30,146 nt of DNA. It comes from Tubiluchus corallicola (lineage: Eukaryota; Animalia; Priapulida). Where the stretch lies: positions 1-30,146 of the forward strand of contig JAQGDQ010001674.1 of the NCBI GenBank assembly GCA_030141605.1. Direction: 5' to 3'. Shown here one piece after another: positions 1-11,632 of this stretch. The position numbers were made by a program, and so were the translations under genes. The notes beneath the pieces were generated by a model that was not told the DNA's origin, made no database searches, and worked only from the letters and a program-made list of their open reading frames with translations. Numbering within the stretch: position 1 is the first letter of the stretch; each line of letters starts with the position of its first letter.

Positions 1-40
1 GCATCTGCCTTGTAAGCAGAAGGTCAAATCCAACTGAGAA
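1..40 (+). mobile_element. Possible tRNA-derived SINE head fragment (cut by window start)
   Basis: Anticodon-arm-like hairpin TCTGC-CTTGTAA-GCAGA (TGT, Thr-like) followed by AGGTC-AAATCC (shortened T arm/B box). No complete cloverleaf. Confidence 0.3.
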
Positions 41-194
41 TAAGTTTTTTACCTTATCTATTGGACAAGTTTGATTTCAAGTTTAGTTAGTTGTGGGTCT
101 GCATTAATAGTAATCTTGATGCTTAGATTATAAATGACAAGTAAAGTTAACAATTCCTCACATACAAGCAATTAGTTCATAAAGCGGATTATGA

Positions 195-265
195 TTAGGG
201 TTAGGTTAGCGGTTAGGATTGGTTTAGGGTTAAGGTTAGGATTAGGGTAGGGATAGGGTTAGCGT
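195..265 (+). repeat. Degenerate TTAGGG-like simple repeat (interstitial)
   Basis: ttagggttaggttagcggttaggattggtttagggttaaggttaggattagggtagggatagggttag. Confidence 0.8.
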
Positions 266-816
266 TATTGTATTTAAATTGTGTGGGGAATTGTAAATAG
301 CCTATTAATGGTCATAAGTTAATGATTAAATAAAGGAAATCGTCACTGTTCATTGTAGTTCTGTTTTTGCAATATTAATTTGGCACCTTGTAAATTAGTA
401 AAAATGCCTCGATTGTTCAAGCTGTTCATGACATTGCAATTATAAAATATAGATTTTGTGTTACTTCAATAATGCCAAGAACACTTCTTGATCATGATGC
501 AAAGAGCTGTTTGATTGATTGATAAATTGTTCATCGCCATCAAAATATACATAATTGGTAAGCAGTTAAATATACAATGTACACTGCGACAAGCAATGTG
601 GTAGCATACCAGTCTGTCATTTTATGATAAATAGACTGTTAACTGGCAATAGCATCATTCTGATGTCCTACTGCAGTAATCTGTAATTAAGTATATTCAG
701 TTCACAGTAACTGCCTTAACATATGTAAGCATAATTACTCAATTATATATTTATTAGCAGCATATTGTGTTTGTTACTTTTCAATATGTTGATTAGCAAA
801 AATCGTTTTTGTGTAG

Positions 817-906
817 ATATTGATGAATGCGCTCAGGAACCTTCACCCTGTGGACCGGGAACATCTTGTGAGAACACTATTGGAAAATTTGTCTGCAATT
901 TAATTG
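817..906 (+). CDS. Internal exon encoding a calcium-binding EGF-like module
   Basis: Acceptor ttttgtgtAG at 815-816 and donor GTAAGT at 907. 90 bp, phase 1-1. Encodes (D)IDECAQEPSPCGPGTSCENTIGKFVCNLI(G), matching the cbEGF consensus DIDEC...C...C.NT.G.F.C. Confidence 0.85.
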
Positions 907-1224
907 GTAAGTCGCCGTATTTTGTTTGCCAGCTTTTAAAAAGTTTTTAATTGTACTGCTTGCTCATTTATATTGCTTAATTACCCAAGTATACTGCACA
1001 ACGTCTGAATTGTTTATACACTTCGTCACACTGCAAGCCAAAATCCAGCATTCAAAGGCAGGATGTACTCAACAAGATGTTTGTTTTGTGACTGAAACCT
1101 GACTCATATCAAAGGACATTTCTTTAAGATGAGCCACTGAACAAAAAGAGGTATCTAAGCCGTATTCATATGTACTTACATTCTCCCTGTAAAAGGTAAA
1201 CAGCTAAGGTTTATGGATGATACT

Positions 1225-1297
1225 GCTCAGAGTGAGCATCGAACCCACAATGGCTGCATGCCAGCCACATACAGTGTGTGCATTATCCATCAGCCAT
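1225..1297 (-). mobile_element. Possible tRNA-derived SINE head
   Basis: Minus strand has A-box-like TGGCTGATGG and, ~50 bp downstream, B-box-like GGTTCGATGC. Confidence 0.3.
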
Positions 1298-1756
1298 GAA
1301 TCTGCAATGAATTATTTTGAAGTGTGTCACAAATGCTACTAGATTCACTTACAAATGATTGATCAATAATGTGCGACTATCTCACAAACCATCTTTTTTA
1401 TGTGATAAATATAGTGGATGACTCACAAAAGTAGCATGGACTCTAAAATGGCTATATACGAGTTTGTAATTTGACAGTAAAAAACCTTTAAAGTGGAATG
1501 CCGAATTATACCGCTCTCATTCCGTACAGCAGAGGACTTTTGAAAAGATGCGTACAGTTTTTAGAGTGTTTTCTTCTTACTCTGGAGCTGGCTTGTTTCT
1601 CTCCAAAATTATCCCGAGGTTTTTTCTCCAGGCTGTTTGTGCAACTTTTAGTCAATTTGTGTGGATCTTTTCAAAATACCACGTACTACAAAATCATAAG
1701 CCTCATAGAAAGCCGTCTGTCTATTACTGTTTGCAATGGCTCTGAATAACATATAG

Positions 1757-3259
1757 TATACTAACTGTTGCCGTTGTTATGTTGTATACATAATGAGTTT
1801 GTCACTTGTAAAAAATGGCTGGCTGGTAATAGTTGCAGGCCAGAGCCGTGTCGTTTCAGCTGAGCTCCACCCGGTTTATTTCTATAGTCGACCTAGCCAA
1901 CAAGAAACCCAGCTTTAGTTGCGCCAGCCACTCAGTGATGGGAGTTGAGCTAGCTGACATTTTTGCCAGCTGTGAAGACTTTAACTCTTGCGAACAAGCC
2001 ACTAGCATAGCAGTGTCTAATTTTTAACTGGATTACTTCTGTGTTCATCTGTCTTGATGGCAGATTTCTTTCATTTTAGAATTCTGCCTGCCCAATGTGT
2101 ACAATTGATGTAACGAGCACATGATGATGATGATGAAATCACCAGTTGAAATATGGCAAACACATTGTGGATTTGCGCTGTGCTGGCAGAGATACTAATC
2201 TTTAGAAATTTTTGAATAGAGAAAGCAATCAATTTAAAATAAATACACAAATAGGCAATGTTAGTCACACGTATGGGATCATTTTGATGTTTTAGTATTG
2301 TTTCGTCGGTAATCAAGATAGGCATCGCCAAGAGTCGAATTTAAATTAAATCTACAACAAATCCATTTTATAATAATAAAAACTTGCTCTCTAATGCATT
2401 ATTTGAATTCGTACGTCAGCTTTTTTCTGTGTATAAGCAACACAAATTATTTAAAAAATTTGTCTCCGTAAATAGGCTAGCTCGGCTGAAGTTGACTGAC
2501 TTTTCATCTGAGTTGGCTTAAAGAAAAAATCAGCTAAGTCAACTAAAGCTGGGAATTTTTTTAGCTAAATAAATGATGAAATGTTAGTTAACTGTTAAAT
2601 TACGGAGACAAATTATTTTGTGAATTTGTGTTGTATACTGAAAAAACTGACGTACAATTCCAGATAATACATTAAGGCGGGATTTTTGTATTATAAAATA
2701 TTAACAATATAATTTAAATCCAATTCTTGGTGAGGCTTATCTTGATTACCGACAAATAAATACCAAAACACCAAAATGATGCCATACATGTCACAAACGT
2801 TGCCTATTTGTGTATTTAATTTTGAATTGGCCAGCTTTATTGTTCAAAAATTTCTAAAGTTTAGTGTCTCTGTCACCACAAACTGACTGCGAATCCGCAT
2901 TGCGTTTGCCATATTTCAACTAGTGATTTCTGTGCTCATTATCAATTAACACACAGGCAGGCAGGAAACAAAATGAAATCTGCCATAGGCTGGATGAACA
3001 CAGAAATAATCAGTTAAAATTAGACGCATATTGAAATTAATTCGCAAAAAATTAAAGTCTTCACGGCTGGCAAGAAAATGTCAGCTAGCTCAACTCCCCA
3101 TCGCTGAAATTGGTAATACTGGGTTTCACTGTTAACTAAGTCATTTATATAAACCGAATGAACTCAGCAAACGACACATTACAGCCTGCAACTACCGTAG
3201 CCATTTTTTACAAGTGACAAACTCGTATATACAACATAACAACGGCAACAATTAGTATA
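1757..3259. mobile_element. ~1.5-kb foldback / long imperfect palindrome (MITE- or foldback-like non-autonomous element)
   Basis: Left arm ~1757-2473 is the reverse complement of right arm ~2597-3259. Examples: tatactaactgttgccgttgttatgttgtata vs tatacaacataacaacggcaacaattagtata; gagttgagctagctgacatttt vs aaaatgtcagctagctcaactc; gttgaaatatggcaaac vs gtttgccatatttcaac; tgtctccgtaa vs ttacggagaca. TA at both ends. Confidence 0.85.
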
Positions 3260-3260
3260 T

Positions 3261-3618
3261 ATGATGACGGCAACGCACGATGACGACGATGGTGATGATG
3301 GTGATGATGATGACGATGATGGTGGTAGTAGTGTTAGCAATGATAATGATGACGATGATGAAGATGATGATGATGGTGATGGCAACGACGACAACGACAG
3401 CAATGATAATGACGGCGACGACGACGATGGTGATGGTGACGATGATGATGGTGACGATGACGGTGGTGGTAGAGGTGGCAATGATAATGATGACGACGAT
3501 GATGATGATGACGATGATGGTGGTGGTAGAGGTAGAGGTAGAGGTGGCAATGATAATGATGGCAACGATGATGATGATGGCAACGATGATGATGATAATG
3601 ACGATGACGATGATTATG
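3261..3618 (+). repeat. GAT/GAC/GGT trinucleotide (Asp/Gly/Asn-coding) tract, composite copy 1, 5'-truncated
   Basis: Aligns with ~22278-22700 and ~25762-26203. Confidence 0.95.
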
Positions 3619-3764
3619 GATTAGCTACTGTAGAAGCTGCAGAAAAGAGAGCGAGAACCTCAAGACAGAAAGCAACAACTTCTACTAGAAGTCAGCAAAG
3701 ATCTACATCAGATCGACAAGGAGGGTTGCAAGGCAGTGAAGCAAACGAGGGAAAAATTGTGAGA

Positions 3765-6700
3765 GCCACTGCCAAAAAAGACCAAACTCTTGGAAACGTG
3801 CTGGGAGCTTTGGGTTTGAGGAAAAACAAAGCCACCGCTGAGAGAGACCAAACTTCTGGAAACGTGCTGGGAGCATCGGGTTTGAAGAAAAACAAAGCCA
3901 CCACTGAGAGAGACCAAACTCCTGGAAACGTGCTGGGAGCATCGGGTTTGAAGAAAAACAAAGCCACCACTGAGAGAGACCAAACTCCTGGAAACGTGCT
4001 GGGAGCATTGGGTTTGAGGAAAAACAAAGCCACCACTGAGAGAGACCAAACTTCTGGAAACGTGCTGGGAGCTTTGGGTTTGAAGAAAAACAAAGCCACC
4101 ACTGAGAGAGACCAAACTCCTGGAAACGTGCTGGGAGCATTGGGTTTGAGGAAAAACAAAGCCACCACTGAGAGAGACCAAACTCCTGGAAACGTGCTGG
4201 GAGCATTGGGTTTGAGGAAAAACAAAGCCACCACTGAGAGAGACCAAACTTCTGGAAACGTGCTGGGAGCTTTGGGTTTGACGAAAAACAAAGCCACAGC
4301 TGAGACAGACCAAACTTCTGGAAACGTGCAGATAGTATTGGGTTTGAGTAGAAACAAAGCCACCGCTGAGAGAGACCAAACTTCTGGAAACGTGCTGGGA
4401 GCATTGGGTTTGAAGAAAAACAAAGCCACCACTGAGAGAGACCAAACTCCTGGAAACGTGCTGGGAGCATTGGGTTTGAGGAAAAACAAAGCCACAGCCA
4501 AAAAAGACCAAACTCTTGGAAACGTGCTGGGAGCTTTGGGTTTGACGAAAAACAAAGCCACAGCTGAGACAGACCAAACTTCTGGAAACGTGCAGATAGT
4601 ATTGGGTTTGAGTAGAAACAAAGCCACTACAGAGAAAGACCGAACTCCTAGAAAGGTGCTGAGAGCATTGGGTTTGAGGAAAAACACAGCCAGTGCCGAG
4701 AGAGACCAAACTCCAAGTAACGTGATGAAAGCAGGGTTTGAGAAAAAACAAAGCCACCGCCGAGAGAGACCAAACTCCAAGAAACGTGCTGAGAGTGTTG
4801 GGTTTGAGAAAAAACAAAGCCACCGCCGAGAGAGACCAAACTCCAAGAAACGTGCTGACAACACTGGGTTTGAGAAAAAACGAAAACACCACCGAGGGAG
4901 ACCAAACTCCAAGAAACGTGCAGAGAGCATTGGGTTTGAGGAAAAACAAAGCCACTGCCGAAAGAGACCAAACTCCAAGGAACGTGCTGAGAGCATTGGG
5001 TTTGAGGAAAAACAAAGCCACCGCCAAGAGAGACCAAACTCCAAGAAACGTGCTGAGAGTATTGGGTTTGAGAAAAAACAAAGCCATCGCCGAGAGAGAT
5101 CAAACTCCAAGGAAGGTGCTGAAAGCACTGGGTTTGAGGGAAAACAAAATCGCCGACGAGAGAGACCAAACTCCAAGAATCGTGCTGAGAGCATTGGATT
5201 TGAGGAAAAACAAAGCCACTGTCGAGAGAGACCAAACTCCAAGAAACGTGCAGAGAGCATTGGGTTTGAGAAAAAACGAAAACACCACCGAGGGAGACCA
5301 AACTCCAAGAAACGTACTGAGAGCATTGGGTTTGAGGAAAAACAAAGCCACCGCCAAGAGAGACCAAACTCCAAGAAACGTGCTGAGAGTATTGGGTTTG
5401 AGAAAAAACAAAGCCATCGCCGAGAGAGATCAAACTCCAAGGAAGGTGCTGAGAGTATTGGGTTTGAGAAAAAACAAAGCCATCGCCAAGAGAGACCAAA
5501 CTCCAAGAAACGTGCTGAGAGTATTGGGTTTGAGAAAAAACAAAGCCATCGCCGAGAGAGATCAAACTCCAAGGAAGGTGCTGAAAGCACTGGGTTTGAG
5601 GGAAAACAAAATCGCCGACAAGAGAGACCAAACTCCAAGAATCGTGCTGAGAGCATTGGGTTTGAGGAAAAACAAAGCCACCACCAAGAGAGACCAAACT
5701 CCAAGAAACGTACTGAGAGCACTGGGTTTGAGAAAAAACAAAGCCACCACCGAGAGAGACCAAACTCCAAGGAACGTGCTGATAGCATTGGGTTTGAGGA
5801 AAAACAAAGCCACCGCCAAGAGAGACCGAACTCAAAGGAACGTGCTGAGAGCATTGGGTTTGAGGAAAAACAAAGCCACCGCCAAGAGAGACCAAACTCC
5901 AAGAAACGTGCTGAGAGTATTGGGTTTGAGGAAAAACAAAGCCACCGCCAAGAGAGACCAAACTCCAAGAAACGTGCTGAGAGTATTGGGTTTGAGAAAA
6001 AACAAAGCCATCGCCGAGAGAGATCAAACTCCAAGGAAGGTGCTGAAAGCACTGGGTTTGAGGGAAAACAAAATCGCCGACGAGAGAGACCAAACTCCAA
6101 GAATCGTGCTGAGAGCATTGGGTTTGAGGAAAAACAAAGCCACCGCCAAGAGAGACCAAACTCCAAGAAACGTACTGAGAGCACTGGGTTCGAGAAAAAA
6201 CAAAGCCACCGCCGAGAGAGACCAAACTCCAAGGAACGTGCTGATAGCATTGGGTTTGAGGAAAAACAAAGCCATCGCCGAGAGAGACCAAACTCCAAGA
6301 AACGTGCTGAGAGCATTGGGTTTGAGGAAAAACAAAGCCACCGCCAAGAGAGACCAAACTCCAAGAAACGTACTGAGAGCACTGGGTTCGAGAAAAAACA
6401 AAGCCACCGCCGAGAGAGACCAAACTCCAAGAAACGTGCTGAGAGTATTGGGTTTGAGGAAAAACAAAGCCATCGCCGAGAGAGACCAAACTCCAAGAAA
6501 CGTGCTGAGAGCATTGGGTTTGAGGAAAAACAAAGCCATCGCCGAGAGAGACCAAACTCCAAGAAACGTGCTGAGAGTATTGGGTTTGAAGAAAAACAAA
6601 GCCACTGTCGAGAGAGACCAAACTCCAAGGAACGTGCTGATAGCATTGGGTTTGAGGAAAAACAAAGCCATCGCCGAGAGAGACCAAACTCCAAGAATCG

Positions 6701-9700
6701 TGCTGAGAGCATTGGATTTGAGGAAAAACAAAGCCACTGTCGAGAGAGACCAAACTCCAAGAAACGTGCAGAGAGCATTGGGTTTGAGAAAAAACGAAAA
6801 CACCACCGAGGGAGACCAAACTCCAAGAAACGTACTGAGAGCATTGGGTTTGAGGAAAAGCAAGGCCACCACCGAAAGAGACCAAACTCCAAGGAACGTG
6901 CTGAGAGCATTGGGTTTGAGGAAAAACAAAGCCACCGCCGAGAGCGACCAAACTCCAAGAAACGTGCTGATAACACTGGGTTTGAGAAAAAACGAAAACA
7001 CCACCGAGGGAGACCAAACTCCAAGAAACGTACTGAGAGCATTGGGTTTGAGGAAAAACAAAGCCACCGTCGAGAGAGACCAAACTCCAAGGAACGTGCT
7101 GAGAGCATTGAGTTTGAGGAAAAACAAAGCGTTTGCCAAGAGAGACCAAACTCCAAAGAACGTACTGAGAGCATTGGGTTTGAGGAAAAACAAAGCCACC
7201 GCCAAGAGAGACCAAACTCCAAGGAACGTACTGAGAGCATTGGGTTTGAGAAAAAACGAAAACACCACCGAGGGAGACCAAACTCCAAGAAACGTACTGA
7301 GAGCATTGGGTTTGAGGAAAAGCAAGGCCACCACCGAAAGAGACCAAACTCCAAGGAACGTGCTGAGAGCATTGGGTTTGAGGAAAAACAAAGCCACCGC
7401 CGAGAGCGACCAAACTCCAAGAAACGTGCTGATAACACTGGGTTTGAGAAAAAACGAAAACACCACCGAGGGAGACCAAACTCCAAGAAACGTACTGAGA
7501 GCATTGGGTTTGAGGAAAAACAAAGCCACCGTCGAGAGAGACCAAACTCAAGAACGTGCTGAGAGCATTGAGTTTGAGGAAAAACAAGCCCAAAGAGACC
7601 AAACTCCAAAGAACGTACTGAGAGCATTGGGTTTGAGGAAAAACAAAGCCACCGCCAAGAGAGACCAAACTCCAAGGAACGTGCAGAGAGCATTGAGTTT
7701 GAGGAAAAACAAAGCGTTTGCCAAGAGAGACCAAACTCCAAGGAACGTACTGAGAGCATTGGGTTTGAGGAAAAACAAAGCCACCGCCGAGAGAGACCAA
7801 ACTCCAAGGAACGTGCAGAGAGCATTGAGTTTGAGGAAAAACAAAGCGTTTGCCAAGAGAGACCAAACTCCAAGGAACGTGCAGAGAGCATTGGGTTTGA
7901 GGAAAAACAAAGCGTTTGCCGAGAGAGAACAAACTCCAAAGAACGTGCAGAGAGCATTGGGTTTGAGGAAAAACAAGGCCACCGCCGAGAGAGGCCAAAC
8001 ACCAAGGAACGTGCTGATAGCATTGGGTTTGAGGAAAAACAAAGCCACCGCCGAGAGCGACCAAACTCCAAGAAACGTGCTGATAACACTGGGTTTGAGA
8101 AAAAACGAAAACACCACCGAGGGAGACCAAACTCCAAGAAACGTACTGAGAGCATTGGGTTTGAGGAAAAACAAAGCCACCGTCGAGAGAGACCAAACTC
8201 CAAGGAACGTGCTGAGAGCATTGAGTTTGAGGAAAAACAAAGCGTTTGCCAAAAGAGACCAAACTCTAAAGAACGTACTGAGAGCATTGGGTTTGAGGAA
8301 AAACAAAGCCACCGCCAAGAGAGACCAAACTCCAAGGAACGTGCAGAGAGCATTGAGTTTGAGGAAAAACAAAGCGTTTGCCAAGAGAGACCAAACTCCA
8401 AGGAACGTACTGAGAGCATTGGGTTTGAGGAAAAACAAAGCCACCGCCGAGAGAGACCAAACTCCAAGGAACGTGCAGAGAGCATTGAGTTTGAGGAAAA
8501 ACAAAGCGTTTGCCAAGAGAGACCAAACTCCAAGGAACGTGCAGAGAGCATTGGGTTTGAGGAAAAACAAAGCGTTTGCCGAGAGAGAACAAACTCCAAA
8601 GAACGTGCAGAGAGCATTGGGTTTGAGGAAAAACAAGGCCACCACCGAGAGAGGCCAAACACCAAGGAACGTGCTGATAGCATTGGGTTTGAGGAAAAAC
8701 AAAGCCACCGCCAAGAGAGACCAAACTCCAAGGAACGTGCTGAGAGCATTGGGTTTGAGGAAAAACAAAGCCACCGCCAAGAGAGACCAACTCAAGGAAC
8801 GTGCTGAGAGCATTGGGTTTGAGGAAAAACAAGGCCACCGCCGGACCAAACTCCAAGGAACGTGGGTTGGGTTTGGGGGGGTGACGTGCGGAGCATTGGG
8901 TTTGAGGAAAAACAAGGCCACCGCCGAGAGAGACCAAACTCCAAGGAACGTGCTGAGAGCATTGGGTTTGAGGAAAAACAAAGCCACCGCCAAGAGAGAC
9001 CGAACTCAAAGGAACGTGCTGAGAGCATTGGGTTTGAGGAAAAACAAGGCCACCGCCAAGAGAGACCAAACTCCAAGGAACGTGCAGAGAGCATTGGGTT
9101 TGAGGAAAAACAAAGCGTTTGCCGAGAGAGAACAAACTCCAAAGAACGTGCAGAGAGCATTGGGTTTGAGGAAAAACAAGGCCACCACCGAGAGAGGCCA
9201 AACACCAAGGAACGTGCTGATAGCATTGGGTTTGAGGAAAAACAAAGCCACCGCCAAGAGAGACCAAACTCCAAGGAACGTACTGCGAGCATTGGGTTTG
9301 AGGAAAAACAAGGCCACCGCCGAGAGAGACCAAACTCCAAGGAACGTGCTGAGAGCATTGGGTTTGAGGAAAAACAAAGCCACCGCCAAGAGAGACCGAA
9401 CTCAAAGGAACGTGCTGAGAGCATTGGGTTTGAGGAAAAACAAGGCCACCGCCAAGAGAGACCGAACTCAAAGGAACGTGCTGAGAGCATTGGGTTTGAG
9501 GAAAAACAAAGCCACCGCCGAGAGAGGCCGAACTCCAAGGAACGTGCTGAGAGCATTGGGTTTGAGGAAAAACAAAGCCACCGCCGAGAGAGGCCGAACT
9601 CCAAGGAACGTGCTGAGAGCATTGGGTTTGAGGAAAAACAAAGCCACCGCCGAGAGAGGCCGAACTCCAAGGAACGTGCTGAGAGCATTGGGTTTGAGGA

Positions 9701-9905
9701 AAAACAAAGCCACCGCCAAGAGAGACCGAACTCAAAGGAACGTGCTGAGAGCATTGGGTTTGAGGAAAAACAAAGCCTCTGCCGAGAGAGACCAAACTCC
9801 AAAGAACGTACTGAGAGCATCGGGTTTGAGGAAAAACAAAGCCGCCGCCGAGAGAGGCCAAACTCCAAGGAACGTGCTGAGAGCATTGGGTTTGAGGAAA
9901 AACAA
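3765..9905 (+). repeat. 66-bp minisatellite array, copy 1 (~93 units)
   Basis: Unit GAGAGACCAAACTCCAAGGAACGTGCTGAGAGCATTGGGTTTGAGGAAAAACAAAGCCACCGCCGA; 22-aa periodic translations. Confidence 0.98.
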
Positions 9906-10498
9906 ATAGAGACTGTGTAGAGACAAAATGTATATGCCGTGAGTTTAGCTACCTAGAAGATGGCACCACTGTGTTATGTATTATGTTTTATAAGAATACA
10001 AAATTAGCTGTAGCAACTAAGTGCAGACTTTGCAGAAGGGACACGCGTGCATTTTTATTTAAATACGTAATTAGTAACAATGTTTAAAGATTTTCTAATG
10101 AATTTTGTAAAACACTGTTCTTAAAAGTAAAAATGGGAACTTTTTCGCATTTTGACGAGATGTGTTGTTCTAAGGTGGTCTGATAATAAACGTTAGGCAA
10201 GTAAAAATTTTAACTATAAATAATTAAGTCTTTTAAATTCTACATCTAAATTCTATTTATTAATGAAGCTCTAAAATTTGATGTGCCTTTCTATTTGTAA
10301 AAATCAGACGGGTATCGCGTGGCATATTTACATATTCATGAGAAATATAAGAGTGAAGTTTAAAAGTTGTTAAGAGTTCAGTCTTCTTCTTTTACTACTC
10401 CTAAACGTCTGTTTTAGACACTGAACACTATCGTTTATTAGAGCACTCCACGGTTTCCAGTCTGCAGGTAAAATTTTCAAATCCTGTGAAGATTTAGG

Positions 10499-10628
10499 TA
10501 AAGGAGAGGATATGTCTCTCACTACGTTGGGTTTATTTAACTGTTTTCACTTAAACTGTTTGTGGTGTGCTAAAGGAAAGGATAAGTCTCTCACTATGTT
10601 GGGTTTATTTTACTGTTATCACTTAAAC
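10499..10628 (+). repeat. Two-copy tandem duplication, ~70-bp unit
   Basis: taaaggagaggatatgtctctcactacgttgggtttatttaactgttttcacttaaac vs taaaggaaaggataagtctctcactatgttgggtttattttactgttatcacttaaac. Confidence 0.85.
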
Positions 10629-10789
10629 GTAGAAGAATATAACAAAGAAAATTTCAAAAAAAAACTTCCTATAAAGCATAAATTTAAAACCCGCTGCCTC
10701 TGAATAGAATCTTTCAGGCGTGGTGGTTGCCGCCATTCATTTGAAAATCATGACGTAACTGGGAGACTTCGTGACACTTCGTAACTGCA

Positions 10790-11632
10790 CGCTGCTTAAA
10801 CTGAAGCTTTCCTAACATTCAAGCAAAAACGTTACAAAATCTGTTATCTAATGTTTTTGTAAAAACCTGTTACACTTTTGCTGAAGGTTGACAGTGCGCT
10901 ACTTTTAATCAGGACGTATGACGTCATTGGAGGAAGAAAGGCCATTGAAAATGGAAGCGTCCAAGCATGAAGTGATCGTGACTTTAAAGTGATTTTACTA
11001 ATTACACCAGGCGCTTATTACAGTTTTATTACTGGATCTTTCTAATACTTTTCACAAGCATTGAAAACAGCCTAAATTCCCAGAAGGCTTGACTTTTCCT
11101 TTAATTTTCATTATAATAAACTGTTTGGTGTTTGTACTGTAGTATATAAAAAATATTAGCTAACAATGTCATCGAAATATTTTTCATACAGTTTGCATGC
11201 TGGAATTCATCATGGATTGACAAGACCAACATAATCCTCATGGTTGTGGCACGACCGGATCCTTGCTTATTATTAAGAATAATCATTAAAGATGACTTAC
11301 TGAATTCCTCGTAATTACTGAATTACCTCAACATTCCTCGTTATGGTCACATTCAGATATAAAAACGTTGCACCTCAACAGCCTCGAGGTGTGTCAAACC
11401 AGCTAGCATCCAACCCAGGAGGATACCACCCATTCGCTGTCCATTCTCACTGTTACTTAACTTTAATTGCTAGCGCATACCGTGACCACTCGGTTATTGA
11501 TCCTCACCAAGTGTAGTTATGTATTATCAGCTTGGTTTCTGGGAACTGACGTAAGGTCTGGAGTACCAGACCAAAGGAAAATGAAACTTCGTTTTGGGCT
11601 GCTTGAAGTAGCTCTATAAAATCATTTACTTC
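10790..11632 (+). repeat. ~840-bp dispersed direct repeat, copy A
   Basis: Colinear with 13147-13978, e.g. agcgtccaagcatgaagtgatcgtgactttaaagtga, tgctggaattcatcatggattgacaagaccaacataa, gaagtagctctataaa. Confidence 0.92.

Larger units (their letters stand above)
3261..9920 (+). pseudogene. 5'-truncated copy of putative Asp-rich + 22-aa-repeat protein ORF
   Basis: ORFs 3261-7562 and 8862-9920 share the ERPNSK repeat frame and are broken only at noisy patches (~7545-7600, ~8790-8895). Ends ...EEKQIETV-stop right after the array. Lacks the head seen in copies 2 and 3. Confidence 0.4.

Noticed and set aside
1-40. Functional tRNA-Thr(TGT) gene
   Set aside because: T arm and acceptor stem are missing; at most a SINE-like relic.
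195-265. True telomere or chromosome end
   Set aside because: Short, degenerate and embedded in ordinary flanking sequence.
3261-3276. ATG at 3261 as a true start codon
   Set aside because: It is an ATG from the gATGat tract brought into the Asp frame by a 1-nt insertion (caacgCacg) at the truncation point.
3179-3624. Poly-Ser, poly-Met/Thr and poly-Ile ORFs (also 21112-22706, 25207-26209)
   Set aside because: Shadow frames of the GAT trinucleotide tract.
3765-9905. CRISPR-like array (conserved blocks alternating with variable positions)
   Set aside because: Units are homologous over their whole length with no unique spacers, there are no cas genes, and the context is eukaryotic.
3692-9926. 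Long minus-strand and alternative-frame ORFs over the 66-bp arrays (also 22774-25108, 26277-30137)
   Set aside because: Automatic consequence of a stop-free 66-bp unit; no independent support.
10150-10215. Inverted similarity (taggcaagt) to 20610-20660 as TIRs flanking the composite unit
   Set aside because: Match too short and degenerate to support.
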